Source of the DNA: Candidatus Binatia bacterium
GTDB taxonomy: Bacteria > Desulfobacterota > Binatia > Bin18
Length of the DNA: 64,000 nucleotides
Direction of reading: 5' to 3'
Assembly: GCA_963664395.2 (NCBI GenBank)
Contig: OY761159.2
Coordinates: 1,440,001-1,504,000, forward strand
Positions 47,786-57,005 of this stretch are shown piece by piece; position 1 is the first letter of the stretch; each line of letters starts with the position of its first letter. The position numbers and the translations under genes were made by a program. The notes under the pieces were generated by a model that saw only the letters and a program-made list of their open reading frames with translations, did not search any database and was not told the origin of the DNA.

Positions 47786-48540
47786 CAATCATTCGCAAAG
47801 AGCTGCGCGCGTATTTTGTCTCGCCCATCGCCTACGTCGTCCTGACTGGATTCCTCCTATTAGGCGGCTGGTTTTTCTTTAACCTCCTCTCCCGCTTTAA
47901 CGTGTTGCTCAGTATTTATACCCAGTTACAGCAGGGCGCAGCGGATCAGCTGAATCTGAACGATTTTGTCATTGCCCCGCTGATGCACAACCTGGCTATT
48001 ATCCTCGTCATTCTCGTTCCCATGATCACTATGCGCGCCTATGCGGAAGAAAAAAAAGGTGGCACCTACGAACTCTTACTGACCTCTCCGCTCCGAGCCG
48101 GCGAAATTGTGTTAGGTAAATTCCTGGCTTCGTTTCTGTTCATCTGCATCATGCTTGGCATGACAGGGGTATACCCGGCGGTGCTGATTGCGTTTGGCAA
48201 TCCGGAGCTTGGAGTCCTGCTGGCCGGCTATCTCGGGTTGCTCCTATTGGCGACTTCCTTTGTCGCAGTAGGCCTCCTCACCTCGTCGTTTACCGAAAAC
48301 CAAATCATTGCCGCAGTGAGCGGGCTGGTGGCCACCCTGCTGCTGTATATTATCGGGTGGCCGGCAGATACCGCCGGCGATGTACTTGGACCCCTCCTGC
48401 GCTATTTATCCATCACCGAACACTTTGCTGAAATGGTCAACGGCCTCATTGACACGCAAGATTTAGTGTATTTTGTCAGCCTTATCCTACTGTCTTTATT
48501 CTTAACCCAGCGTTCGATTGAATCGCTGCGCTGGAGGTAA
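47770..48540 (+). CDS. ABC-2 permease (GldF-like)
   Basis: KELRAYFVSPIAYVV, EEKKGGTYELLLTSP, GKFLA, ENQIIAA. Confidence 0.92.
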   Translation: MRNVLTIIRKELRAYFVSPIAYVVLTGFLLLGGWFFFNLLSRFNVLLSIYTQLQQGAADQLNLNDFVIAPLMHNLAIILVILVPMITMRAYAEEKKGGTYELLLTSPLRAGEIVLGKFLASFLFICIMLGMTGVYPAVLIAFGNPELGVLLAGYLGLLLLATSFVAVGLLTSSFTENQIIAAVSGLVATLLLYIIGWPADTAGDVLGPLLRYLSITEHFAEMVNGLIDTQDLVYFVSLILLSLFLTQRSIESLRWR

Positions 48541-48544
48541 TCAC

Positions 48545-50095
48545 ATGGCGCGTCTTGGTTCGTTTTACGGGATGGTCGGGGTCATTCTGTTGCTATTTGC
48601 AGGAGTGGCATATTTTCTGACCCGCCAGTTTTCGGTGTATGTTCTCGTTCACACGCTGACCGGCTTCGTTGCTGTTATTACTGCCTTGGTCTCGTCCAAA
48701 GGGTCGATCAAAATCTTTCTTGGCGCGCGTTCGACCAAATACGGAGCCAGCGCCGCAGCCTATTCCCTGCTCTTTATCGGTATTCTCATCCTGGTGAATT
48801 ATCTGTCCACCCGTCATCACCATCGCTTCGACTTGACTGAGGCCAATATCTATAGTCTTTCTCAACAGTCAGAGAACGTGCTCCGCCAGTTGGATAAAAA
48901 ACTTGAAATTGACGCCTTTGTCCAGGCCGGCTCGGACCCTCAGCTGCGCGAGCTGCTGAGTAGCTATGAGTATGATTCGGACAACGTTGCCTCCCGGATT
49001 ATCGATCCTGACCAACGGCCCGATCTGGCCGAGCGATTTCAGGTCACAACAATGCCGACCATTGTGTTACGGTATGGAGACCGGACCAATCTGATTAGCA
49101 AAACAACAGAAGAAGACCTGACCAACGGCATCATCAAAATCTCCCGTCCGGACAAGAAAACCATTTACTTTCTCGAAGGTCACGGAGAGCCAAGCACCAA
49201 GGACCTCCAGGATTCCGGGAGTTACGGGCAACTCAGGACCGCGCTTGAAAACGAGGGCTATGCAGTCAACACGCTTGTCCTCTCGCCGGATACATCCGTA
49301 CCAGAAGAAGCCAATCTTCTGATCGTTGCCGGGGCGCAGCGTTCATTACTCGTACATGAGACCCAGTTGATTGACGCTTATTTGAAAAAAGCCGGAGCGG
49401 CGCTCTTTTTACTCAACCCACGGGCAACGCCGGAGTTGGTTCCGTATCTTGCCCAGTGGGGTGTTCAGGTTGGCAATGATGTCATTGTAGATGAACAACT
49501 CCAACTGTTACGCGGTCGGACGTTTACCCTTACCCCATTGGCTCAGACCTATGGTGAACATCCGATTACTACAGACCTGAGTCGACGCGGCTCGGCGGCT
49601 CTGACTGCATACGGAATTTCCCGCTCGGTTGAAGCGGACGCAGCCGGCCTGACTGGAATCACACCAACCAGCTTGGTCAAAACCGGGCCGAGCGCGTGGG
49701 CGGAAACCGACCTTGAGGAAGTATTCCAAAAACAAAGCGTCCGCCTCGACGATCATGATCGTAAAGGTCCCATCTCGCTGGCCACCGCGGTCACAGTCAA
49801 TCTGAAAGAAATGGATAAGGAGCTTGAGGACTCAGCCCGGATGGTTGTATTCGGCAATGCCGGCTTTGCAAACAACCAGTTTATCGGCCAGTATTTTAAT
49901 CGGGACTTGTTACTGAACACCGTGAGTTGGCTCGTCGGGGAGGAAGAGCTTATTTCTATCCGCCCCCGGACCATTCGCGCTTCACGCGTTCAGCTGACTG
50001 CCGATCAAGGGACGACGGTCTTTTATCTGTCCGTCCTGATCCTGCCCGAGATATTGCTCATTGCCGGGCTCGCCACGTGGTGGCGGCGGCGTTAA
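48545..50095 (+). CDS. GldG-like ABC transporter auxiliary component
   Basis: RFDLTE...YSLS, IYFLEGHGE, NRDLLLN...WL......ISIRP, C-terminal TM ending WWRRR. Confidence 0.9.
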   Translation: MARLGSFYGMVGVILLLFAGVAYFLTRQFSVYVLVHTLTGFVAVITALVSSKGSIKIFLGARSTKYGASAAAYSLLFIGILILVNYLSTRHHHRFDLTEANIYSLSQQSENVLRQLDKKLEIDAFVQAGSDPQLRELLSSYEYDSDNVASRIIDPDQRPDLAERFQVTTMPTIVLRYGDRTNLISKTTEEDLTNGIIKISRPDKKTIYFLEGHGEPSTKDLQDSGSYGQLRTALENEGYAVNTLVLSPDTSVPEEANLLIVAGAQRSLLVHETQLIDAYLKKAGAALFLLNPRATPELVPYLAQWGVQVGNDVIVDEQLQLLRGRTFTLTPLAQTYGEHPITTDLSRRGSAALTAYGISRSVEADAAGLTGITPTSLVKTGPSAWAETDLEEVFQKQSVRLDDHDRKGPISLATAVTVNLKEMDKELEDSARMVVFGNAGFANNQFIGQYFNRDLLLNTVSWLVGEEELISIRPRTIRASRVQLTADQGTTVFYLSVLILPEILLIAGLATWWRRR

Positions 50096-50122
50096 CCCGC
50101 CCGTGTCTCTTGTACTCTGCTT

Positions 50123-51559
50123 ATGAGTGTACCACGAACTATTCTCATGCTGCTCGTCCTGCTTGGCTTGGGGACGTATGTCTATTTTGTTGAGCTGCCA
50201 AAAGCCAAGCAGGATGCGGAGAAACCGACGGTTCTGGCATTTGAGAAGGAGGCGGTTGATACGCTGAGCCTGACCTATCCTGAGCGAGAAATTCGCCTGC
50301 AACAGACCGCACCGGGCGAGTGGGACATCACCGCTCCTATCCAGACGAAAGCCGACGATACGACGGTGAATAATATGTTGACCACCATAGTAGACGAAGA
50401 GGTCACACGCAGCCTTCTCCCCGAAGAGCCGGTCGATCTCGCCTTGTACGGCTTAGCTCAGCCGCCAGTCATTATGCAAATTAGCCTGCAGGACGGCACG
50501 CCGCTGCCGAAAGTGTCAATCGGCAAAGACACGCCAGTAGGGTTTTCCGTCTATGTTCAAAAAGAAGGCGACCCGCAGCTCCATCTCACCCGCCAGGCAT
50601 TTCGCTTGGGACTCACGAAAGAAGTCAAAGAACTGCGGGACAAAACGGTGCTGCCGTTTGATACAGCCCGTGTCACCCGGATAGCAATCAAGACCTCTGA
50701 GACGAGTATTATTTTGGCCAAGGCGGATACTGGATGGACATTTGAACACCTCGCTCCACACGCAGTCGACGCGCCCGTCGTCCAAACCTATCTTTCGACC
50801 TTGGAGGGCATGCGGGCGGAAGATTTCGTTGAGCAACCGCTGCTCGAAATGTCAGCCCTCGGCCTCGACCCGGCTCAACTGACAGTGTCGCTCCACCTTG
50901 GGGAAGACACGACCCGTACGCTCTCTGTTGGAGACGAGAAAAGTGCGGACGCTGGGGCAACCCAACGCTACCTCAAACGTGACGATGGAGAAACGCTCTA
51001 TCTTGTGCGCGCGGATCTTCTGAAAGATCTGAGTAAGTCCGTCGCTGACTTTCGAGATAAGACCGTTGTCAGCATACCGGAAGAGGACATCACACAAGTG
51101 GTGGTGACGCGCCAAGGGGGAGACGGGTTTACTATTGCGCGGGGAAAAGAGAACACATGGGGAATTGACACAAAGTCTGAGGGTACGCTCATGACGGCAA
51201 CCCTCAGTCAATTTGTGGCTGACCTGCGCGAATTGCGTGGATTTGAAATCGCCGCCGATAACCCAGAAGACTTGAGTCTCTACGGGCTCGCTCTGCCGAC
51301 GATCACCCTTGTCGCCGCAGATGAGTCCGGCGAAAAACTGGCGACTGTTTTTCTCGGTCAGGCAACACAGGATGGAACGGAGAAGCGCTTTGCCATGCGG
51401 GAAGGGGGAGAGACGGTCTTTACCCTGCGGGATTATGTTTTCTTTCGGTTCGATAAAAATCCGGAAGATTTTTGGGAAAAGCCGGAAGAAGAAATCTCTC
51501 CTGTCTCAAAAACGGACGGTGGAGAAGAGTCTCCTCTTGAAGAAGAGTCGCTAGAATAA
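50123..51559 (+). CDS. DUF4340 domain protein with three repeated domains
   Basis: N-terminal anchor; repeated W.I..P/ YGL..P / L(F)RDKTV units. Confidence 0.85.
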   Translation: MSVPRTILMLLVLLGLGTYVYFVELPKAKQDAEKPTVLAFEKEAVDTLSLTYPEREIRLQQTAPGEWDITAPIQTKADDTTVNNMLTTIVDEEVTRSLLPEEPVDLALYGLAQPPVIMQISLQDGTPLPKVSIGKDTPVGFSVYVQKEGDPQLHLTRQAFRLGLTKEVKELRDKTVLPFDTARVTRIAIKTSETSIILAKADTGWTFEHLAPHAVDAPVVQTYLSTLEGMRAEDFVEQPLLEMSALGLDPAQLTVSLHLGEDTTRTLSVGDEKSADAGATQRYLKRDDGETLYLVRADLLKDLSKSVADFRDKTVVSIPEEDITQVVVTRQGGDGFTIARGKENTWGIDTKSEGTLMTATLSQFVADLRELRGFEIAADNPEDLSLYGLALPTITLVAADESGEKLATVFLGQATQDGTEKRFAMREGGETVFTLRDYVFFRFDKNPEDFWEKPEEEISPVSKTDGGEESPLEEESLE

Positions 51560-51628
51560 GGAGTTCTCCTGTCCTGCTGCGCACATGAATGAGACGAATG
51601 AGGCGCAGGTTGCTTAATAAAAAAGAGA

Positions 51629-51650
51629 GGGGTGTCTTTTCAGACACCCC
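51629..51650 (-). terminator. Rho-independent terminator for the OmpA-domain gene
   Basis: GGGGTGTCT, 4-nt loop, AGACACCCC stem; followed on the minus strand by TCTCTTTTTT. Confidence 0.7.
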
Positions 51651-51686
51651 AAGAAAAACCTCGTACCCACCGCGGATCACGTCTTA

Positions 51687-52397
51687 CTAATTTTCAATCA
51701 CCACTTCGACCCGACGGTTTTTGGCTCGGCCGGCTGTGTTATCCGACCCATCGGGGGTCGTATTTGGCGCAACAGGATAACGCTCACCATACCCCGTTGT
51801 CGTAATACGCGCCTGATCGACACCAGATGTCGCCAAGGTACTGGTGACACTCCCGGCCCGTCTTTCAGACAAGCGTTGGTTCGCTGCTTCGCCGCCAATA
51901 GCGTCGGTGTGACCTTCAATCGATACCCGTCGCCCACGAGCCTGATTATTCAGCACGTCAGCAATGCCCTGGACTCGACTTTGAGCATCACCGGTCAAAT
52001 CAGACTGACCGAATTCAAACAACACATCCGGAAGATTGACCACCACGCCGCGCTCAGTCTCACGTGCCTCAAGATTGCGTCGCTTGAGTTCTTCAAGCAG
52101 TTGGCGGTTGCGCGATATTTCTTGGCGTTGGTGATCAATTTGCTGCTCGTTCGCTGCCATTTCATTATCGCGCTTTTGAAATTGATTCCCGACGACTGCG
52201 CCGGTGATGCCACCCAGCGCCCCGCCGATGGCTGCCCCGGCGCCAGGATTCCCAAGCGCGGCCCCGATAATCGCTCCGGCGCCAGCCCCGAGACCTGCAC
52301 CACCCAGCGTCGCCTTCTCTCGGGTTGACAAGGGCTGCGCACAGCCCATCACGAAGACGAGCATGAACGTCAGCAGATATAGAACCGTCTTTTTCAT
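51687..52397 (-). CDS. Glycine-zipper plus OmpA/Pal peptidoglycan-binding domain lipoprotein (YiaD-like)
   Basis: Lipobox VMGC, GAGLGAGAGAIIG zipper, VLFEFGQSDL, IEGHTD, LSERRA, NRRVEV. Confidence 0.92.
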   Translation of the reverse strand: MKKTVLYLLTFMLVFVMGCAQPLSTREKATLGGAGLGAGAGAIIGAALGNPGAGAAIGGALGGITGAVVGNQFQKRDNEMAANEQQIDHQRQEISRNRQLLEELKRRNLEARETERGVVVNLPDVLFEFGQSDLTGDAQSRVQGIADVLNNQARGRRVSIEGHTDAIGGEAANQRLSERRAGSVTSTLATSGVDQARITTTGYGERYPVAPNTTPDGSDNTAGRAKNRRVEVVIEN

Positions 52398-52417
52398 AGC
52401 CAACACTGTACCCCCGT

Positions 52418-52756
52418 CTAGTATTCTTGCTGCCGCTTGAGGTCTTCGAGTTCACGCCGTTGCTGTTCAATTTCGCGACGCTGCTGCTCAAGCTCAAGCT
52501 GCTGTATATTCTGTTGGTTTTCCTGATTCTGCATTTTGTTACCAACGACTGCGCCGGTGACGCCACCCAGCGCCCCACCGATGGCTGCCCCAGCCCCTGG
52601 ATTTCCAACCACGGCACCGATAATCGCGCCTGTGGCGGCACCGAGACCTGCACCCCCCAGCGTTCCCTTCTCTCGGGTTGAGAGTGGTTGAGAGCACGCA
52701 CTCAGAAAAAATACCGATAGCACCAGGACGCCACCCCATCGTATTCCGCTCTTCAT
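52418..52756 (-). CDS. Glycine-zipper lipoprotein with coiled-coil tail
   Basis: Lipobox LSAC, QPLSTREK.TLGGAGLGA zipper nearly identical to the downstream gene; ATG 52756 or 52762. Confidence 0.88.
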   Translation of the reverse strand: MKSGIRWGGVLVLSVFFLSACSQPLSTREKGTLGGAGLGAATGAIIGAVVGNPGAGAAIGGALGGVTGAVVGNKMQNQENQQNIQQLELEQQRREIEQQRRELEDLKRQQEY

Positions 52757-52862
52757 GAACATCCCACACCTCCCAGACTATGACCTTCCAAAATTCCGCT
52801 CCGATATGCAGAGCAAGCCCTAACTTTTTCTACTTTAATCGGCTCCCGGTATCGGGTCAATA

Positions 52863-52985
52863 TCAAGGGGACTCATCATTTGACTCGGCAGAGTAATGAC
52901 GCAACGAAGCCCATACCAGGCCCATAACGCCAAGGAGGAGAATGCTGCCTATCACCAAGAGGACAACGCGCACTCGTTGACTCAT
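52863..52985 (-). CDS. Putative 40-aa single-pass membrane protein
   Basis: Hand translation MSQRVRVVLLVIGSILLLGVMGLVWASLRHYSAESNDESP*; starts 6 bp after the ileS stop; below the ORF-track size cutoff. Confidence 0.45.
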   Translation of the reverse strand: MSQRVRVVLLVIGSILLLGVMGLVWASLRHYSAESNDESP

Positions 52986-52991
52986 TGGCCG

Positions 52992-55900
52992 TTATGCAGA
53001 TGCACGCTGTACGCCAACCATCAGGTCTGCTCCGTCAATCTTTACGCTATGGACTGTATCTCCAGCCGGCTGGCTCTGCACCAGAGTGCGTGCCAAGGTC
53101 TCTTGCTGGATATAGGTCTTGTGTTGCGTGATGGCATCACGCAAGCGGCTCTCGGCCTCATAGGTCACGGCAATGCGGTCTTCGACATGATAGCCAGCTT
53201 CCTTGCGGAGTTGTTGGATGTGATGCACGACTTCGCGCGCAAGTCCTTCCGCGATCAGGTCATCGTTCAGTTCGCAGGGAAAATCGATAGAGATAAACCG
53301 GTCTGAACGAACATCGGGGATTCCTTCTCGCGCGTGGCGGAGGATAAGAATCTCCTCGGACTGGAACGTCTCACCATTAATGTGAATTGGCTCTCCGGCC
53401 TCAAGCCTGAGCATTTGATCAATGGCCAGAGCAGCCACTTGTTTCCGAACCTGGCCGAATGCCTTCCCAAAGCGTGGGCCGAGGAGCGGCGCATTGGGCT
53501 GTGCAGTCAGGGCAATTTTTTCATCCTCGGCTGTGCTGTACACGATTTCCTTGACGTTCAATTCTTCCTGCATGTAGCCTTCCAATGGACGGAGTTCATC
53601 AAGAATCGGCTGCTGACGATGGAGGATAGTCAGAGTTTGAAGCGGAATGCGCACTTTGACTTTCCGTTCGTTACGCAGACTCCGGCCAAGCAATATCACT
53701 TGTTGCATACGGGTCACAGCATCTTCGAGCCGAGTGTCCACCTGGCTTTCATCGTAACCGGGAAAAGGTTCGAGGTGGACACTCTCTTCTGTCCCAGCCT
53801 CTTGGAGCGTGACCAGATTGGTATAAATGGCGTCCGCCAGAAACGGCGTAAACGGGGCCATGAGCTTGGAAAATGTCAGCAGGACATCGTACAGGGCCTG
53901 ATAGGCAAACTGCTTGTCAGCCACATCGTCCTCACTCCAAAAACGACGCCGGTTGAGACGAACATACCAATTGGTCAACTCGTTCAGAAAATCCAGCAGC
54001 GCGGGGACCACATTGTACAGCCGATACTGCTCCATCTCGGTACTGACCCGGCGAATGAGGGTCTGTTTGCGTGAAAGGATCCAGCGATCCAGAATATTCG
54101 GTGAAACCTCACCTAGCGTGTGGGACGGGCGCCACCCATCAACCAACGCATACGTGACAAAGAATTTGTAGGCGTTCCACCAGGGCAGGAGCAGGCGGCG
54201 GACCGTCTCCCGCACGCCGCGCTCACTAAAGCGGAGTTCTTCGGCCCGGACCAGGGGCGAGTTGATCAGATAGAGGCGCAGGGCATCGGCCCCATGCTCG
54301 TCCAAAATCTCCTCGGGCTCAGGATAGTTCTTGAGCCGCTTGCTCATCTTCTTGCCGTCTTCGGCCAACACCATCCCGTTGACAACCACGTTGTGGAAAG
54401 CCGGCTTGTCAAACAGCGCAGCAGCGACGACCACCAGGGTGTAAAACCAGCCTCGGGTCTGGTCCAGCCCTTCGGCAACAAAGTCTGCGGGAAACACCCG
54501 TGAGAACTGCTCCGCATTCTCAAACGGGTAGTGAATTTGCGCGTAGGGCATCGAACCGCTCTCGAACCAGCAGTCGAACACCTGCGGCACCCGTCGCATG
54601 ACGCCGGTCCCGGTTGAATCGGGAAATGTCAGGTCATCGACAAATTCACGGTGGAGATCGTCCACCCGCGTGCCGGTTCGCTCGGCGAGTTCATCAATGC
54701 TGCCCAGACACACGACTTCGGAGCCGTCGTCGTTTTTCCAAATCGGCAGTGGCGTCCCCCAGTACCGATTGCGGCTAATCGCCCAGTCCCGCGCGTTCTC
54801 AAGCCAGTTCCCAAAGCGCCCGTCACGCAGATGGTCCGGGACCCAGGTCGTCAGCTTATTATTTTTCACCAGTCGCTCACGAAAGGCTTCAACGCGGACA
54901 AACCAGGTATTGACGGCCTTGTAGATGAGCGGTGTCTCGCTCCGCCAACAAAATGGATAACTGTGCTGGATCGTGCCCTGATGAACGAGTTGTTTTGCCT
55001 GTTTGAGCCGCTGAATGATTTTGGGGTCGGCTTCTTTGACATGCATGCCCGCAAAATCACTCACTACTTGGGTAAATCGGCCGTCATCATCAACCGGGTT
55101 CACCAATGGGATATCCGCCTTCTGGCAGGCATAGAAGTCCTCTTCCCCAAAGGCTGGGGCCATATGGACGATGCCGGTCCCGTCTTCGGTTGTCACGTGC
55201 TCAGACTCGATAACCCGAAAAGCGCCGGCCTGCTTTTGATCGACAAAATAGGGGAAAAGCGGAGCAAATCTTCGTCCGGCCAGGTCTTTGCCTTGATAGC
55301 GGGCCTCAATGGTGTAGGCGTCTTCTTTGGGGAAGTACGTCTTGAGTCGGGCTTCGGCCATGATATAGCCCACGTTATCCGCGTGGTCGCGGACTTTCAC
55401 ATAGTCGATGTCAGAGCCGACGGCTAAGGCCATATTCGACGGCAGGGTCCAGGGTGTGGTGGTCCAGGCAATAAAAAAGACCTGCTCTTCGCCTTCGGCG
55501 GCAAAGCGAACCGTGATGGCCGGGTCCTGGACGTCTTTGTAGTTCAAGTTGGCTTCAAAATTTGACAGGACTGTTCCCAGCCGGGTTGAAAACGGGAGGA
55601 CCTTATATCCTTCATAGATCAAATCCTGGTCCCACATCTGCTGGAATATCCACCACACGGTCTCCATAAAGGAGGCATCCATAGTCCGGTAGTCATTACG
55701 GAAATCAACCCAGCGGCCCATCCGCCGAACGGTTTTTTCCCACTCCTGGGTGTAGCGCAGGACAATCTTCCGGCATTCGTTGTTAAAATTGGCAATCCCA
55801 AATTTTTCGATCGCGGCTTTGCCGGTTACCCCCAGGGCCTGTTCGATTTCCATCTCGACCGGCAGACCGTGACAGTCCCAGCCAAATCGGCGCTCCACAT

Positions 55901-56129
55901 ACCGCCCACGCATGGTCCAAAAACGGGGAATAATGTCTTTAATCGTCCCAGCCAATAAATGACCGTAGTGCGGCAATCCGGTCGCAAAGGGCGGGCCGTC
56001 ATAGAAAATAAAGGGCGGTTGCGCTTGGGTTTTGGCCAAGGTCTTCTTAAAAATATCGTTATCGTCCCACGCCTGTAGGACGGCAAGTTCGACCTCAGCC
56101 AGCTTCACGTTTTCCGCAACCGGTTTCAT
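52992..56129 (-). CDS. ileS: Isoleucine--tRNA ligase, type 2 (eukaryote/archaea-like)
   Basis: DGPPFATGLPHYGH, GWDCHGLP, AWTTTPWTLPSN, EGLDQTRGWFY, KMSKR, C-terminal EGLARE....IQ.LRK without a zinc finger. Confidence 0.97.
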   Translation of the reverse strand: MKPVAENVKLAEVELAVLQAWDDNDIFKKTLAKTQAQPPFIFYDGPPFATGLPHYGHLLAGTIKDIIPRFWTMRGRYVERRFGWDCHGLPVEMEIEQALGVTGKAAIEKFGIANFNNECRKIVLRYTQEWEKTVRRMGRWVDFRNDYRTMDASFMETVWWIFQQMWDQDLIYEGYKVLPFSTRLGTVLSNFEANLNYKDVQDPAITVRFAAEGEEQVFFIAWTTTPWTLPSNMALAVGSDIDYVKVRDHADNVGYIMAEARLKTYFPKEDAYTIEARYQGKDLAGRRFAPLFPYFVDQKQAGAFRVIESEHVTTEDGTGIVHMAPAFGEEDFYACQKADIPLVNPVDDDGRFTQVVSDFAGMHVKEADPKIIQRLKQAKQLVHQGTIQHSYPFCWRSETPLIYKAVNTWFVRVEAFRERLVKNNKLTTWVPDHLRDGRFGNWLENARDWAISRNRYWGTPLPIWKNDDGSEVVCLGSIDELAERTGTRVDDLHREFVDDLTFPDSTGTGVMRRVPQVFDCWFESGSMPYAQIHYPFENAEQFSRVFPADFVAEGLDQTRGWFYTLVVVAAALFDKPAFHNVVVNGMVLAEDGKKMSKRLKNYPEPEEILDEHGADALRLYLINSPLVRAEELRFSERGVRETVRRLLLPWWNAYKFFVTYALVDGWRPSHTLGEVSPNILDRWILSRKQTLIRRVSTEMEQYRLYNVVPALLDFLNELTNWYVRLNRRRFWSEDDVADKQFAYQALYDVLLTFSKLMAPFTPFLADAIYTNLVTLQEAGTEESVHLEPFPGYDESQVDTRLEDAVTRMQQVILLGRSLRNERKVKVRIPLQTLTILHRQQPILDELRPLEGYMQEELNVKEIVYSTAEDEKIALTAQPNAPLLGPRFGKAFGQVRKQVAALAIDQMLRLEAGEPIHINGETFQSEEILILRHAREGIPDVRSDRFISIDFPCELNDDLIAEGLAREVVHHIQQLRKEAGYHVEDRIAVTYEAESRLRDAITQHKTYIQQETLARTLVQSQPAGDTVHSVKIDGADLMVGVQRASA

Positions 56130-56330
56130 CGCGTAGTATCCCTCACCTGCATGCTAAATTTACAATCTAGGCTATCGATTGAAATACAATTTTACTAGAG
56201 GGTATTCAGCATGGCCAAGCGGACTTGACCCCATCTCACAGAAGAGCCAAGAATAAGATCAGCAAGGCACAAAGAACACTGAAATCACCACGAGATAAGA
56301 TGATATGAGAATTGATGGGAGAACACCGAG

Positions 56331-56555
56331 ATGGGCAAACGGATGATGATCAACTTCGGCAAGGAAGGCTTCCCGCAGTACGAAGAGGTTGAGGAAGAAG
56401 GCATGGCAAAGCCCTGTGCGATGGGTCTGCCGTGGGTGAATCTCGATACGGTCAGAACGCTTGAGTTGAGACAGGTCAAGCGGACCGGCCCTAAGGGCGA
56501 AACCCTTGAAACCGCCGAAACACAGCAGGAAGAAGCAGCTGACTCGAACACCTAG
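56331..56555 (+). CDS. Small acidic hypothetical protein
   Basis: GGGAGA RBS; fills the gap between ileS and DUF3553 without overlap. Confidence 0.6.
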   Translation: MGKRMMINFGKEGFPQYEEVEEEGMAKPCAMGLPWVNLDTVRTLELRQVKRTGPKGETLETAETQQEEAADSNT

Positions 56556-56560
56556 ACGGC

Positions 56561-56896
56561 TTAGCTGCGTGGGAGACGCTTGGCTGCACGCACGGTATGT
56601 TTGGCGTGTCGCTTTATGGGCCTTTTGGAAGAGACGGCTAAATCAGGGTCACCAGCCGGGTCAAATAAGGGGTGCTGATGGCGGCGCACCCCAAAAAAGT
56701 AACAACACGACTGACTATCGAGATTATTATCAAAGGTGCGCTGCTGACCATCCTCAAAATCCACTCGTACTAAGCAGGTCCCACCGTCCAGGACTGAGGT
56801 CATTTCCTCAGCAACCTCACCGGAACCCCATTCTTCATAGTGGCGATGGATCACATAATCTCCGACCCGGAGATACAAGCGGTGTTTGGCAGACAT
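56561..56896 (-). CDS. DUF3553-like (SH3/Tudor-like) small protein
   Basis: GDYVIH....EWGSGEV......VRVDFEDG...TF pattern. Confidence 0.75.
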   Translation of the reverse strand: MSAKHRLYLRVGDYVIHRHYEEWGSGEVAEEMTSVLDGGTCLVRVDFEDGQQRTFDNNLDSQSCCYFFGVRRHQHPLFDPAGDPDLAVSSKRPIKRHAKHTVRAAKRLPRS

Positions 56897-57005
56897 ACGG
56901 CAGCCTTACTGGCGAGTCAGATTTCTTTTTCAAATGTTGTAGCCGAAAACACACAGCGATGGAAGCAAGCGATCAAGAAGAGACAGAGGGACCTAGAGCG
57001 ACGCT

